Shown one piece after another: positions 49,604-60,925 of a stretch of 64,000 nucleotides of DNA. Source of the stretch: an uncultured Coprobacillus sp. (GTDB lineage Bacteria; Bacillota_I; Bacilli_A; RFN20; CAG-826). The position numbers and the translations under genes are program-made. Numbering within the stretch: the stretch's first letter is position 1; every line of letters begins with the position of its first letter. The DNA is taken from contig CAZOUY010000003.1 in assembly GCA_964583155.1 (NCBI GenBank), positions 22,150 to 86,149 of the forward strand, in the 5' to 3' direction. The notes under the pieces were generated by a model that was given only the letters and a program-made list of their open reading frames with translations, made no database searches and had not been told where the DNA came from.

Positions 49604-50767
49604 CTACTCCTTTAAAGCCCTTTTTAAACGCGTTAAACCATCCAAAACAAGAGCTCGGGTCGTAGCAATGTTTAAACGAATGAAGGACCGTCCATTTTCA
49701 CCGTATTCCGCACCATCACATACATATAATCCTGTCTTTTCTCTAATCATTTTGGCTAAGATAACGCTATCGGAATGATAGGCACTGATATCGATCCAAA
49801 GTAAATAAGTAGCCTCACTCGGCACAATATGCAGCAATGGTAATTCCTTTTGAAGAAAATCCTGCACAACACGCTTATTATAATAGAGGTATTCGTTTAA
49901 GGCTATTAGCCATTCTTCCCCTTCATTAAAAGCGGTAATATTGGCAATCATCGAAAAAGCATTCGGTTCAGCTACCTCATCCGTATTTAATCCTCGAATT
50001 ACGACTTTTCTGATGCATTCATTCGGTATAATAACACAGGCTGATTGTAGCCCGGCTAAATTAAAAGCCTTGGAGGCGGCCACACAAGCAATACCTATCG
50101 AACGACATTGCTCATCAATCGCTAAAAAAGGAACATATTCTAATCCCGGATTAACAATATCACAATGAATTTCATCCGAAATGATTTTAACATTATGCTT
50201 ATAGCATAAATGGCCAATGCGTTTTAATTCGTCCTTTGTCCAAATCTTACCGATGGGATTATGAGGATTACATAAAATCATCAAAGTCGTCTTAGGATTC
50301 GCCAGCTTGCTTTCCAAATCGAGATAATCAATACAATATACCCCGTTTTCATAGATTAAATCGCTCGATAAAACGCGCCGCTTATTATTGATAATTGAAT
50401 TATAAAAAATGTTATAAACCGGAGATTGAATCAAGACATTATCCCCTTCTTTTGTCAATCGTCTTACCATCGAAGAAATGGCCGCAACAACTCCACTTGA
50501 GTAAACCATCCATTCGGACAAATAATCGACATGGTGTCTTCTTTTCCACCACCCTTTGATGCTATCAAAAAACGCTTCGGGAATGATCGAATATCCAAAA
50601 ACACCATGCTCCGCTCTTTTAATTAGGGCTTCCTTAATGCATGGTGCCGTTTCAAAATCCATATCGGCAACCCACATCGGTAATTCGTTCGATGCGACAT
50701 CCCATTTTAAAGAAAAAGTATGGCGACGATCGATTACTTTATCAAAATCAAACTTCTTATCCATCAT
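49604..50767 (-). CDS. MalY/PatB-type PLP-dependent C-S lyase (aminotransferase class I/II)
   Basis: 387 aa, MMDKKFDFDKVIDRRHTFSLKWD, the characteristic PatB/MalY N-terminus. PLP-lysine context ASKAFNLAG. Confidence 0.8.
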   Translation of the reverse strand: MMDKKFDFDKVIDRRHTFSLKWDVASNELPMWVADMDFETAPCIKEALIKRAEHGVFGYSIIPEAFFDSIKGWWKRRHHVDYLSEWMVYSSGVVAAISSMVRRLTKEGDNVLIQSPVYNIFYNSIINNKRRVLSSDLIYENGVYCIDYLDLESKLANPKTTLMILCNPHNPIGKIWTKDELKRIGHLCYKHNVKIISDEIHCDIVNPGLEYVPFLAIDEQCRSIGIACVAASKAFNLAGLQSACVIIPNECIRKVVIRGLNTDEVAEPNAFSMIANITAFNEGEEWLIALNEYLYYNKRVVQDFLQKELPLLHIVPSEATYLLWIDISAYHSDSVILAKMIREKTGLYVCDGAEYGENGRSFIRLNIATTRALVLDGLTRLKRALKE

Positions 50768-51609
50768 TATTCTTGATCCTCACTAATCTCGGTGGCCTTT
50801 GGATCGATTAAATGATCATCCAAAATTATTTCATGAATTCTTTTCGCTTTAATACGACCGGATATCGGATTTTTAATAGAATCAACCTCCGATATAATAT
50901 CAGCATCAACGGTGCAAAATTCAAAAGCCAAATTAGTATTATTCAAGATACAATCCACTAATTTGACATTGTCCATATAGCACATTCCCTGCGTGGAATC
51001 GATGGTGCAACGAACAAAAGTAACATTTTGCGAATTCCATCCTAGGTATTCACCAACAATTATTGAGTCATATATTGTCACATTATCACAATTCCAAAAA
51101 GCATCTTTAGAAAGAAGGGTGGCATTATGTATTTCGATATTTTGACCGCCATCAAAGGCATAGTTCCCGGTTAGATGAAAATCATGAATGTTTACGTTTA
51201 CACAATTCATACCAAAATAATCACCGCTAGCGGTCACATTTTTCATTTGGATATTGTGGCAGCTCCATAATGTTTCCTGCGCATTCGGCATCGAAACATG
51301 ATCTAATAGAATATTCTTACATCTTCGGAACATTTTCGGTGATTCAATAAGACTGTCTTTGATGATAATATCGGAAGTATACCATATTCCCGAACGAGCG
51401 GTTTCTAAAAATGATGTTCTCTTCACTTCGACATGATGACAATACCATAATGGGTATTTCCATTTAAAAACACAATTTTCTAACTGGAGATGAGAGCTTT
51501 CTTTTAAAGGCGATTCACCATCATCAAAAGTAGCGTTATGTATTTCCATATTTTCAGAGTGATATAACGCTCTTTCGCCCACAAATAATCCTTTATCAAT
51601 TCTTTGCAT
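50767..51609 (-). CDS. DUF3737-like right-handed beta-helix protein
   Basis: 280 aa with repetitive N..V.. rungs. N-terminus ...GERALYHSENMEIHNATFDDGESPLKES... as recalled for DUF3737. Its stop overlaps the malY start by 1 nt (TAATG). Confidence 0.5.
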   Translation of the reverse strand: MQRIDKGLFVGERALYHSENMEIHNATFDDGESPLKESSHLQLENCVFKWKYPLWYCHHVEVKRTSFLETARSGIWYTSDIIIKDSLIESPKMFRRCKNILLDHVSMPNAQETLWSCHNIQMKNVTASGDYFGMNCVNVNIHDFHLTGNYAFDGGQNIEIHNATLLSKDAFWNCDNVTIYDSIIVGEYLGWNSQNVTFVRCTIDSTQGMCYMDNVKLVDCILNNTNLAFEFCTVDADIISEVDSIKNPISGRIKAKRIHEIILDDHLIDPKATEISEDQE

Positions 51610-51702
51610 TAAGCAAGCACCCCCAAGTCTTTAAATACATTATAATATTAAATTCTAAAAAAGACTAACACTACACTATAGTGTATGTTAGCCTTCATTA
51701 CT

Positions 51703-53220
51703 TTATATTCCGCGATCCCGCATAAACGGGAATAAAAGAACCTCACGAATCGATGTTTGTTCGGTTAAGAACATCACCAAACGATCAATGCCTAATCCGA
51801 CTCCTCCACATGGTGGCATACCGTATTCCAAGGCTTCAATAAAATCAACATCCATTTCATTAGCCTCATCATTACCGGCATCTCTTTCCTTCAACTGCTC
51901 TATGAAGCGGTTTCTTTGATCGATTGGATCATTGAGCTCCGTATAAGCATTGGCAAATTCATGACCGCCGATGTAGAGCTCAAAGCGTTGGACAAAGCGA
52001 GGATCATCAGGATCCTTTTTAGTCAATGGCGAGATTTCTACGGGATGACCGCATAAAAAGGTCGGTTGAATGAGCTTATCCTCACAATACATTTCAAAGA
52101 AAGCATTAATGATATGTCCCACCGTGAAATGCTTTTCAAGAGGAACATTATGTTTTCGTGCCAGATCCTGTGCTTCTTCTAATGTATAATTTTGATTTTT
52201 AAAATCGACACCTGTCACTTCTTTGATCATTTCGCACATCGTGATAATGCGAAATGGCTGATCAAGATCGATTAATTCTCCTTCGGGATTAAAGATATTC
52301 TTGAATTGATGCTTGTGAGCAACCTTATCCGCCGCAAAACGAATCATCCCTTCGGTTATTCGCATCATCGAAGATAAATCGCCATATGCCTCATAGAGCT
52401 CAATGGTTGTGAATTCCGGGTTATGCGTTAAATCCATACCTTCATTCCGAAACAGTCTCCCAATTTCGTAAACCTTTTCTAATCCGCCGACAATAAGTCT
52501 TTTTAAAGGTAATTCTGTCGCTATCCTCAAATAAAACTCCTTATCAAGAGCGTTATGATGTGTTTTAAAGGGACGCGCGGTCGCTCCTCCTTGAATCGGT
52601 TGTAAAACGGGAGTTTCGACCTCCATAAAGCCTAAGCTATCGCAATATTCCTGTAAAGCCCGAATGATTCGAGGACGCATAATCGCAATCCTTTTGGCTT
52701 CTTCATTCATAATCAAATCAACATAACGGCGACGATAACGCTCTTCTTTATCCGTAAGTCCATGGAATTTTTCCGGTAAAGGACGTAATGCTTTGCTCAA
52801 GTGCTGGTAGGTCAAGCATTTCACCGTCGGTTCACCTGTTCGAGTAAGCATTACCACACCTTGAACTCCCACGATATCTCCGACATCGGCCATTTTGAAT
52901 AAAGAATATTGCTCTTCACCCACATCGTTGATGCTAATATAAACTTGGATCTTGCCCTTTAAATCTTGAATGGACAAAAAGCTTGCCTTTCCCATATTGC
53001 GAATGAACATAATCCGTCCCGCAATGGAAACCTTGATATCGGCCGCTATAACTTCATCATGGCTCATTCCTTGAATTTGATCCTTGATGTCCTGTGAATA
53101 ATGAGTTCTATGATAGGCTTGTCCAAAGGGATCGACCCCTTTTTCCATATATTTTTCTAATTTTTTACGGCGATTGGCTTCCTGCTCCGTAAGGTTTTTT
53201 TCTTCGTACATTTTAATCAC
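51703..53220 (-). CDS. lysS: lysine--tRNA ligase (class II)
   Basis: 505 aa. Class II motifs ...FRNEGMDLTHNPEFT... and ...GGVGLGIDRLVMFLT... Confidence 0.95.
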   Translation of the reverse strand: MIKMYEEKNLTEQEANRRKKLEKYMEKGVDPFGQAYHRTHYSQDIKDQIQGMSHDEVIAADIKVSIAGRIMFIRNMGKASFLSIQDLKGKIQVYISINDVGEEQYSLFKMADVGDIVGVQGVVMLTRTGEPTVKCLTYQHLSKALRPLPEKFHGLTDKEERYRRRYVDLIMNEEAKRIAIMRPRIIRALQEYCDSLGFMEVETPVLQPIQGGATARPFKTHHNALDKEFYLRIATELPLKRLIVGGLEKVYEIGRLFRNEGMDLTHNPEFTTIELYEAYGDLSSMMRITEGMIRFAADKVAHKHQFKNIFNPEGELIDLDQPFRIITMCEMIKEVTGVDFKNQNYTLEEAQDLARKHNVPLEKHFTVGHIINAFFEMYCEDKLIQPTFLCGHPVEISPLTKKDPDDPRFVQRFELYIGGHEFANAYTELNDPIDQRNRFIEQLKERDAGNDEANEMDVDFIEALEYGMPPCGGVGLGIDRLVMFLTEQTSIREVLLFPFMRDRGI

Positions 53221-53264
53221 CTCAGTCTTATTAAGTTTACTATATTTTTTTTCTTTTGGAAAGA

Positions 53265-54242
53265 TTAGCCGAATTGTTCTTCCATCTCATCGATAATTTT
53301 ATAAAAATCATCTTCGGTTACTATCATACTCGCTAATTGAATGCGCCACTTTTTGGTTCCGTCATAACCTTTAAGATAATGAGGCGCCAGGCCACGCATT
53401 TCTTTCACCGCCGTCAATTCGCCTTTAAGCGCTTTTAATTTTAGATAATGCTGCTTTAAAAATTGCAAATTGCTTTTTAAAGAAATGTTCGGCAATTTTT
53501 CATGAGTGCGGAAATAATGATCGATCTGCGTGACAAGATACGGATTTCCTAATGCTCCGCGTGCCACCATGATGGCATCCGCCTCAGTGATCTTTTGAAT
53601 ATTTATTGCATCTTCTAAAGTAAAAACGTCTCCGCTTACGACTAAGGGAATGTTCATTTTCGCTCTCAGTCCTTTTAAAAGCTCATGCTGTGCTTTTCCC
53701 GAATAGAGTGCTTTACGGGTTCGTGAATGAATCGTAATCATTTTGACGCCCGCTTTTTCTAAAAGATCGACAATCTCGGGGAAATTAATGCTTTGATCAT
53801 CCCATCCCAGTCGAATCTTGGCGGTAATCGGCGTCTTTGAAAATTGCACTAATGCCTGCATCATTTCAAATAGCTCATGTGGCCGTTGAAGCCAGGCTGA
53901 GCCAGCTCCTGTTTTCGTTACTTTTGGTACCGGGCAGCCTAAATTAATGTCGACAAAATCATATTCGTATGGCCCTTTTTGCAATATATCAAGGGCTTTT
54001 AGAAGTGTTTCTTTCGTTCCTCCGAATAATTGAACACCAATCGGGCGATCAGAAGGAGCCATCTCTAAATAGCGATACGTTTCTTTATTATTATAAATAA
54101 GGCCACAATCGGAAACCATCTCAGTGAAGGATACAGCCACGTGAAAGCCTTTCATAAAATCGCGATACGCGACATTCGTAATACCCGCCATCGGTGCTAA
54201 AACAACTTGACCATCAATCTCAATATCTTCGATTTTCCACAT
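53265..54242 (-). CDS. dusB: tRNA-dihydrouridine synthase
   Basis: 325 aa. ...LAPMAGITN...NLGCP... TIM-barrel FMN enzyme. Confidence 0.85.
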   Translation of the reverse strand: MWKIEDIEIDGQVVLAPMAGITNVAYRDFMKGFHVAVSFTEMVSDCGLIYNNKETYRYLEMAPSDRPIGVQLFGGTKETLLKALDILQKGPYEYDFVDINLGCPVPKVTKTGAGSAWLQRPHELFEMMQALVQFSKTPITAKIRLGWDDQSINFPEIVDLLEKAGVKMITIHSRTRKALYSGKAQHELLKGLRAKMNIPLVVSGDVFTLEDAINIQKITEADAIMVARGALGNPYLVTQIDHYFRTHEKLPNISLKSNLQFLKQHYLKLKALKGELTAVKEMRGLAPHYLKGYDGTKKWRIQLASMIVTEDDFYKIIDEMEEQFG

Positions 54243-54264
54243 AATACGATAAAAAAGGAAAGGA

Positions 54265-56265
54265 TTACTCCTCTCCTTTATCCCCTTTGTTTTCTGATTC
54301 GGGCTCCGTGGTTTCTTCTTTAGGAGGAAGATGACGATGCTCTAATAAATAGGAAATCTCTTCCGAGGTTATTGTTTCCTGTGCTAACAAGGTTTCAGCA
54401 ATTAAGATGACATCATCACGATGCTCCTTCAAAACCTCAACCGCCTTTTGATGAGCGGTTTCAATTATGTTGCGTACTTCTTTATCAATTTCATAAGCAA
54501 TTTGAGTTGAGAAGCTCTTCTGTGTCGAAGTATAATCGCGGCCTAAGAAAACCGAGCTTGAATCGGATTCATATTGAATCGGTCCTAAGGAAGACATACC
54601 ATATTCCGTCACCATCATTCGCGCGATGCGAGTAGCCACTTGAATATCATTATGAGCTCCCGTGGAAATATCATCAAAGAAGATTTCTTCAGATGAGCGT
54701 CCGCCTAAATATCCGACAATTCTGGCAATTAATTCATTTTTGGTAGCTAAGAAACGATCCTCTTCCGGTCCCATCAAAACATGACCACCCGTTCTACCAC
54801 GAGGTACAATGGTGATTTTTTGCACTTTATCTGAGTAAGGCATGAATAAACCTATGACAGCATGTCCAGCCTCATGGTACGCAACTTGTTTGCGTTCCTT
54901 TTCGGTCATTCCTCTTGATGATTTCGCAGGACCGCCGATGCGACGATCGATAGCTTCATCGATTTCCACCATCGTCACTTGATCTTTATTGGTTCGAACC
55001 GCCAAAATGGCAGCTTCATTTAAAACGTTTTCCAAATCAGCTCCGGAAAAACCGGTAGTTCTTTTGGCTAGTTGATCAAAATCAACACTCGGATCGATCT
55101 TTTTGTTTCGTGCATGAACTCTTAAAATGGCCGCCCGACCTTTGCTATCGGGGAGATCAACCGTAATTTGGCGATCAAATCGTCCGGCTCGCAAAAGAGC
55201 GGGATCGAGAACATCATCACGGTTGGTAGCTGCCATTACAATGATACCGGCATTATCAGAGAAACCATCCATTTCCACTAGTAATTGGTTGAGCGTTTGC
55301 TCACGTTCATCATTGCCGCCCCCCATACCGGTGCCTCTTTGACGACCAACAGCATCAATTTCATCGATAAAGATTAAACATGGCGCCGTTTGTTTTGCTT
55401 TTTTAAACATGTCACGCACACGACCAGCACCGACACCAACAAACATTTCAACAAAGTCAGAGCCGGAAATAGAATAAAACGGCACGCCCGCTTCGCCTGC
55501 GACAGCTTTGGCTAAAAGCGTTTTTCCTGTTCCTGGTGGCCCAACAAGTAAGACACCTTTCGGTAGCTTGGCACCGAATTGTGAATATTTCTTAGGATTC
55601 TTTAAATAATCCACCATTTCGATCAATTCCGCTTTTTCTTCATCGGCTCCCGCCACGTCATCAAAACGAACCTTAGATGCATCTTCACGGCGAGCGCGCG
55701 AATGATTAAATTCCATTGCCTTATTGTTGGAATTATTAACAGAGGCGCTTAACCTCGAGAAAACAAAATATGTGAGGATTACGCCGCCAACAACAATCAA
55801 AATCGTTGGTAGCCATTCCATAAACCAATTGGTTTGATAAGCATCGACTATCGTGCATTTGCTTTCGTAATAGCTTTTTCCATCCTTATCCAATCGGTTT
55901 TCGATGATTTCCATAATCGTCCATTCATCGGAAGTTCCTTCTTCTGGATCTTCAAATTTAAAAGTAGCGGTATCAAAGTAAGTGGAAGGGACTTGACAAG
56001 CAAAGCCTGTTTTTATTTTTTTATCGTTTTCTTGATTATTAACAACATAGATACCATTAATAACCGTTATTTTTTCTTTTGGAGTAATAGTAACTTCCAG
56101 CACCTCTTCATCATGAAGAATCTCAGCAATGCGTGTTAACATTGGCTCTTCTATCTTAGTGTTTGAACGTCCGAATGTTATCCAAACAAAGCTGCCAACT
56201 AAAAGCATCATTAAGATATAAGGCCAAATAAAATTAAATATGCTCTTAGATTTTTTCTCTTTCAT
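54265..56265 (-). CDS. ftsH: ATP-dependent zinc metalloprotease FtsH
   Basis: 666 aa. Walker [17 protein letters not shown] zinc motif. Confidence 0.95.
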   Translation of the reverse strand: MKEKKSKSIFNFIWPYILMMLLVGSFVWITFGRSNTKIEEPMLTRIAEILHDEEVLEVTITPKEKITVINGIYVVNNQENDKKIKTGFACQVPSTYFDTATFKFEDPEEGTSDEWTIMEIIENRLDKDGKSYYESKCTIVDAYQTNWFMEWLPTILIVVGGVILTYFVFSRLSASVNNSNNKAMEFNHSRARREDASKVRFDDVAGADEEKAELIEMVDYLKNPKKYSQFGAKLPKGVLLVGPPGTGKTLLAKAVAGEAGVPFYSISGSDFVEMFVGVGAGRVRDMFKKAKQTAPCLIFIDEIDAVGRQRGTGMGGGNDEREQTLNQLLVEMDGFSDNAGIIVMAATNRDDVLDPALLRAGRFDRQITVDLPDSKGRAAILRVHARNKKIDPSVDFDQLAKRTTGFSGADLENVLNEAAILAVRTNKDQVTMVEIDEAIDRRIGGPAKSSRGMTEKERKQVAYHEAGHAVIGLFMPYSDKVQKITIVPRGRTGGHVLMGPEEDRFLATKNELIARIVGYLGGRSSEEIFFDDISTGAHNDIQVATRIARMMVTEYGMSSLGPIQYESDSSSVFLGRDYTSTQKSFSTQIAYEIDKEVRNIIETAHQKAVEVLKEHRDDVILIAETLLAQETITSEEISYLLEHRHLPPKEETTEPESENKGDKGEE

Positions 56266-56493
56266 TTAATCAATCCCTCCTACGCTTAGTATTCTCATAT
56301 ATACTATTCTTTTCGAACAAAAGCCACGTTTCTTACTAGTATTAATAATTATTATCCTAGTATTAAGTATTATACAATACTTTGAATAATATTCATAACA
56401 TTATTTTTTGCATTTTTCGCAATACTAGATTATCGATAACAAAAGAAAACCGATTTTATTTTACGCTATTTTAGCGTAAACATTCTCAGGAAA

Positions 56494-57753
56494 CTAAATT
56501 CCCAATTTGCTTTTGACCACAAAATTGTCGTTGCTTTGATTCATGTAATTGGCGCGATAGCGTGGCACATAAATAATTTTATTCTGATTGTTGACAATAA
56601 CCGGCCACTTCGATCGCAATTCCAATGGCATCTTCCAATCTAAAAAGAGCCGCCTAATAGTCTTACGCGCCCGTCCGATAATGATGACATCGCCCGGCTC
56701 AAAGCTTCTAATAGTCAATGGGTAATCATAATCAAAGACATTTCTGTTCGAAGTATCGCCACGGAAATCCAAGAAAAAGTAAGGCGTATCTAAAACATCA
56801 GGTGCTTCTAAAATATAGCTGTAACCCTTTATTTCCGATTCTCTTTGCACATAAAAGGTATCGTAGGCTTTAACTAAATAATATGGCGGAACTAACACTA
56901 TTTTCCAATTCGGCTTGTTGGCTTTTGCTGCCTGAATCATCAGCTGTGCCTTATATTTACTTAAAGAATAATCAACTATTCTTTGCGTAATGAATTCATG
57001 TAAACACAAAATTTGTTCCTCTTCACCAAAGGTTAAGAAGGTGCGAATAATCAGCTTGTTGTCAAGCAAAGCCTCTTGAATCTGCTTAAACTGCTGTTCT
57101 CTTTTTTGATTCAAGGTATCTTTTTCCTGTAAAAGAGATTGAATTTTAGAGTCATCGGCTTTTTCAATAATATGATGGCGAATACGATTGCGTTCGTAAT
57201 CATCTTTTAGATTGGAGGAATCGGTGGCAAATGGTATACCATGATCCTCACAATATTTCTGCAAATCCTTTTTGCGCCATTTTAATAAAGGCCGGATGAC
57301 CATCATATCATATAATTTTCTTTGCGGCATGATTCCGTAATACTTCAATATCTTCTTTCTTTGCATCAAAAAGGTTTCAAGATCATCATCCAAATGATGC
57401 GCCACCAAAAGTCCATCGGCCGAAAATTTACGATATATTTGCGCAAAAAAACGATAGCGAATATCGCGTGCCCACGCTTGGAAATTGACATGCGCGGGTG
57501 CTTCATCAGCCTGCAAGACATATAAAGGTATCCGCCGCTCTTGGCAATATTGCGTGAGGCGATATTCTTCATTGTTGCTTTCGGGTCTTTTATGGTAATT
57601 AACGTGACAGACAATAATTCGATACTTATTTTGATGTAGCATATCCAATAGAGCCATAGAATCAGGCCCAAAAGATACAGCAACGATATATAAGGATTGA
57701 GGATTAAGATTTTCCATAATACGCATCACCATTATTATTTTATCATAAAACAT
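56494..57753 (-). CDS. tilS: tRNA(Ile)-lysidine synthetase
   Basis: 419 aa. PP-loop variant VAVSFGPDSMALL. Position immediately upstream of ftsH as in B. subtilis, but without hprT. Confidence 0.85.
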   Translation of the reverse strand: MFYDKIIMVMRIMENLNPQSLYIVAVSFGPDSMALLDMLHQNKYRIIVCHVNYHKRPESNNEEYRLTQYCQERRIPLYVLQADEAPAHVNFQAWARDIRYRFFAQIYRKFSADGLLVAHHLDDDLETFLMQRKKILKYYGIMPQRKLYDMMVIRPLLKWRKKDLQKYCEDHGIPFATDSSNLKDDYERNRIRHHIIEKADDSKIQSLLQEKDTLNQKREQQFKQIQEALLDNKLIIRTFLTFGEEEQILCLHEFITQRIVDYSLSKYKAQLMIQAAKANKPNWKIVLVPPYYLVKAYDTFYVQRESEIKGYSYILEAPDVLDTPYFFLDFRGDTSNRNVFDYDYPLTIRSFEPGDVIIIGRARKTIRRLFLDWKMPLELRSKWPVIVNNQNKIIYVPRYRANYMNQSNDNFVVKSKLGI

Positions 57754-59923
57754 GACAAATAATCATTGTCGCATCATCAATATGTTTCATATTTTCTACA
57801 GCAATTTGAAACAAATGTCGAAAAAAACTATTTGGATCATTAATATTCTTAAAAATATGTGGGTCTTGAGCTTCTATATAATCACTAATGCCATCGCTGA
57901 CCATTATCAATAAATCATTTTTTTGAAGCTTAATGCTTTTCGTTTCCACATCGATTTCATCGAGCAATCCAATAGGCAATCCCCCAACAGGAATAGTTAT
58001 GATCTCATTGTCGCGAATGATAAATGATGGAGCGGATCCGCCTTTAAAAAAACGGCATTCCAAAGTCTGAAGCTGGATTTCACAAAAATCCAGAGTTGAG
58101 TAATTATCATCATTCGAGCTGACACGGAACAAAGCATTTATATCTTCTAAGCATGATATAATATTCCGCTCTTGCTGGTATAAAGTCATAAAAGAATGGG
58201 CTAACGATTGACTAGTATGCTCAGCTTTTTTATCATGTCCCATTCCATCACATAGTAAAATCGACATTTTAGACTTCTTTTGATCGATAATATAATAATC
58301 ACCAGAAGCATCTTTTTGAGCCGCTTGGCTATGAACGGTATAGGTAATAAGATGCTCAGCTATAGGAGTAAAAACCATTTCAACATTTTGATGTAGCCAT
58401 GACCTTTGTTGCTTTTCTAAGAAGAAATTGGTATCTAAGCATTGATTAAGAATCGGAAGCAATTTTTCTTCATTATCTTCGGACGATGGTAAGGTCACAA
58501 TTATTTGCGAACCATGGCATCGTATATTTTGAATATCGATCTCACATTGGCCGGCCTTATTAATAATTTGTTCCTTCACACTATATGAATGCTGATAATC
58601 ATCCTGCATATCGATTAATGGCTTTCGGATCTTATCCATCAAATTTGATAATATGTTCTTTCTTTTTAACGCTTCGATATAGTATCCGTCTTCAGTCATA
58701 TAAATTGCATGAGATTGTTGCAAAGAAAGCGTTAATTTGTATGGCTTAATACATTCCTTTGTGATTCTTCTTTTTTGCTCCGTTTTTAATTTATAAGCCA
58801 CTAATGATTGTAGATCACTCGGTAAAGGACAATATGATAAATGTTCACATTGGGCACAGGCTTCGCGATAAACTCTTTGTCCTGCTTTTTGACGCGGACT
58901 CATATTTTCTTGTCCTAATTCAAAATCCAAAGCGTTGATATAATCGATCATTCCCTGGATCTTTTCTTTATGATTCTTTTCATACTCTGAAAATAAAATC
59001 TGATTTTGAAATTCCTCTCTATTAATTAAATTATCCCATGCTTGAAAATTCATTTTTTTAAAAAGAATGGAAATGATAAGCGCTACTATTCCCTGATAAA
59101 ACACACCATTTGTGTAGAATAAAGGATCAAGCGCCCATGATATAATCAAAAGCGACACTCCATAAGCCAAATATGATTTTTTAAAGCAAAGAGAAACTAG
59201 GCATGGCAAAACCACCATCAAGGCTACAATTAATGAGTAATGATAAAAATGCACCAGCGAAATAAAGGTGCTCGTTAAAAAAATAACGCCAACGCCTTTT
59301 TTTGAAGATGGTAATGATAAAGCGATTAGGCGAATCATAATAAATCCTAATATCGGCCAAAACATCGAAGAAAAATGCAAGGCTAAAAGAAAGAGGCTCA
59401 ATGTTAATGGCGAGATGCTCAGACTTTCATCCTCATAACATTCAAATAATTTCCCTAGCTGCGTTGCAAACAATAAAGAGATAAATGTGCTGGTCAAGCA
59501 ATAAAAAGCGCTATTGATAGTCGGTGTTCTGACGATCATCGCTATCATTAAGAGAATATTAATGGTAAGCAAAGAATAATATCTTTGATAGGAGCTATGA
59601 AAAGCGATTTTTTGAAAACAGATTGAAATAAAAAAATAAACGACTGATATTAATATAATTTCTAATCCGTAGGCAATATTCACCAAGGAGGCAGTACAAA
59701 GCATCGAAACAAAAGTAATAAAATACGCTCTTCCTGAGCGCTGATATGATAAAAACAGCATTAATAGAATAAACGGATTAAATAAAAACGCTTTTTCCAT
59801 GAGGACAAAGCCACACGCTAATAAAGGTAATAAAAGCATATCGATTTTGTTCCATGTAAAAGAAAAGATTTGCCCTCGCGTTTTCTTGCTCACTAATTCC
59901 ATTTTTATCACCTCATTTTCCAT
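57743..59923 (-). CDS. spoIIE: SpoIIE-like PP2C serine phosphatase with ~10-TM N-terminal domain
   Basis: 726 aa. N-terminal polytopic region. C-terminal PP2C motifs ...LLCDGMGHD...DDATMIICHV. Its position relative to tilS-ftsH matches B. subtilis spoIIE. Confidence 0.75.
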   Translation of the reverse strand: MENEVIKMELVSKKTRGQIFSFTWNKIDMLLLPLLACGFVLMEKAFLFNPFILLMLFLSYQRSGRAYFITFVSMLCTASLVNIAYGLEIILISVVYFFISICFQKIAFHSSYQRYYSLLTINILLMIAMIVRTPTINSAFYCLTSTFISLLFATQLGKLFECYEDESLSISPLTLSLFLLALHFSSMFWPILGFIMIRLIALSLPSSKKGVGVIFLTSTFISLVHFYHYSLIVALMVVLPCLVSLCFKKSYLAYGVSLLIISWALDPLFYTNGVFYQGIVALIISILFKKMNFQAWDNLINREEFQNQILFSEYEKNHKEKIQGMIDYINALDFELGQENMSPRQKAGQRVYREACAQCEHLSYCPLPSDLQSLVAYKLKTEQKRRITKECIKPYKLTLSLQQSHAIYMTEDGYYIEALKRKNILSNLMDKIRKPLIDMQDDYQHSYSVKEQIINKAGQCEIDIQNIRCHGSQIIVTLPSSEDNEEKLLPILNQCLDTNFFLEKQQRSWLHQNVEMVFTPIAEHLITYTVHSQAAQKDASGDYYIIDQKKSKMSILLCDGMGHDKKAEHTSQSLAHSFMTLYQQERNIISCLEDINALFRVSSNDDNYSTLDFCEIQLQTLECRFFKGGSAPSFIIRDNEIITIPVGGLPIGLLDEIDVETKSIKLQKNDLLIMVSDGISDYIEAQDPHIFKNINDPNSFFRHLFQIAVENMKHIDDATMIICHVL

Positions 59924-59973
59924 GATAATAAAAAAAAGAAGCGAACCCTGTCGCTTCTTGTCAGATTATCCAG

Positions 59974-60243
59974 TTACTTAGTATTGGGGAATGAAACGAT
60001 GACCTTTCCATCATGAATATCAAGATCTTCATCAGAATCAAAATTTAAATAATAGCCATTTTGATCTTTATCACTCTCATCATAATCTTTGATGATGCGA
60101 TTCATTAATTCATTTAAAGCACGATTTTCATTATAAATATTAACTAATTTAAAAGAAAGTAACGCAAAAGAAACTAAAGAGCATAGAAAAAGAACACCAA
60201 GAGCATAACTAATGAGACGTTTGTTTTTTGCTTCGCTTTCCAT
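59974..60243 (-). CDS. divIC: small bitopic coiled-coil protein, DivIC/FtsB-like septum formation initiator
   Basis: 89 aa. One TM helix followed by a heptad-like stretch LVNIYNENRALNELMNRII. Syntenic with B. subtilis divIC. Confidence 0.45.
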   Translation of the reverse strand: MESEAKNKRLISYALGVLFLCSLVSFALLSFKLVNIYNENRALNELMNRIIKDYDESDKDQNGYYLNFDSDEDLDIHDGKVIVSFPNTK

Positions 60244-60634
60244 CTTTTTTTCTCCTTCTTTTCTTTCTTTTATTGATTATATCATAAATATGATGCAAAT
60301 GTTTATTAAGCGGATGTAAAATCCTTTTATTTATTTGGCATGCAATTCTTTCGTACCAAAGATTAAGATAAAACGCATAAAATTTTTGATATAAGAAAAG
60401 ACCAAGAAGAATCGCTAATAAAATGTGGATATTCAATTGACATTGGCAAACGCGAACCAAAAACAAAAAATAAGTATAGGCATACATCATGAAAAGTGGA
60501 ATCTCAAAGAGCATTCTTTGCCATTTTCCGTGCCAACGATAAAACAATCGGTTAAAAGCACCATAAATAGCCATGTCCACCATCGTAATAGCGATCGTGC
60601 CTAAAAAGACTTGAATCTGCGTTAAAAGCGTCAT
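60209..60634 (-). CDS. yabQ: small membrane protein, YabQ-like (spore cortex biosynthesis) with K/R-rich tail
   Basis: 141 aa. Three or four TM helices. Follows yabP as in B. subtilis. Overlaps the divIC-like ORF by 35 nt. Confidence 0.4.
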   Translation of the reverse strand: MTLLTQIQVFLGTIAITMVDMAIYGAFNRLFYRWHGKWQRMLFEIPLFMMYAYTYFLFLVRVCQCQLNIHILLAILLGLFLYQKFYAFYLNLWYERIACQINKRILHPLNKHLHHIYDIINKRKKRRRKKDGKRSKKQTSH

Positions 60635-60904
60635 TTATTTAAAGAGCTTCTTGAAAAAGTTTTCTTTCGGTGCTTCTTTGACCTTATTAATATAGGCTAC
60701 GCTATCGATGGTTCCTTGAATCGTCAATGTGCCTTTATCCATATCCATCAAGCCCAAGCTTAAATTGCTGCCTTTGACATTTAAATAGCCTAATTCTGTT
60801 TGCACTAAAAATTCATTTTGATTAAAGCTTTCTAATTTTAAAACACCATTTAAATCGACATTCTCACGGTTACCGATAATGATATGATACTTTTTGTCTT
60901 CCAT
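60635..60904 (-). CDS. yabP: YabP family sporulation protein
   Basis: 89 aa. ...IIIGNRENVDLNGVLKLESFNQNEFLVQTELGYLNVKGSNL...GTLTIQGTIDSVAYIN, the YabP family pattern. Confidence 0.7.
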   Translation of the reverse strand: MEDKKYHIIIGNRENVDLNGVLKLESFNQNEFLVQTELGYLNVKGSNLSLGLMDMDKGTLTIQGTIDSVAYINKVKEAPKENFFKKLFK

Positions 60905-60925
60905 AAAAAAACCTCCCTTTTCAAC

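Noticed and set aside
56266-56493. Possible terminator hairpin acgcta-tttt-agcgt downstream of tilS / upstream of ftsH
   Set aside because: Short AT-rich stem without a U-run on the minus-strand transcript. More likely part of the ftsH promoter/UTR. Too weak to call.
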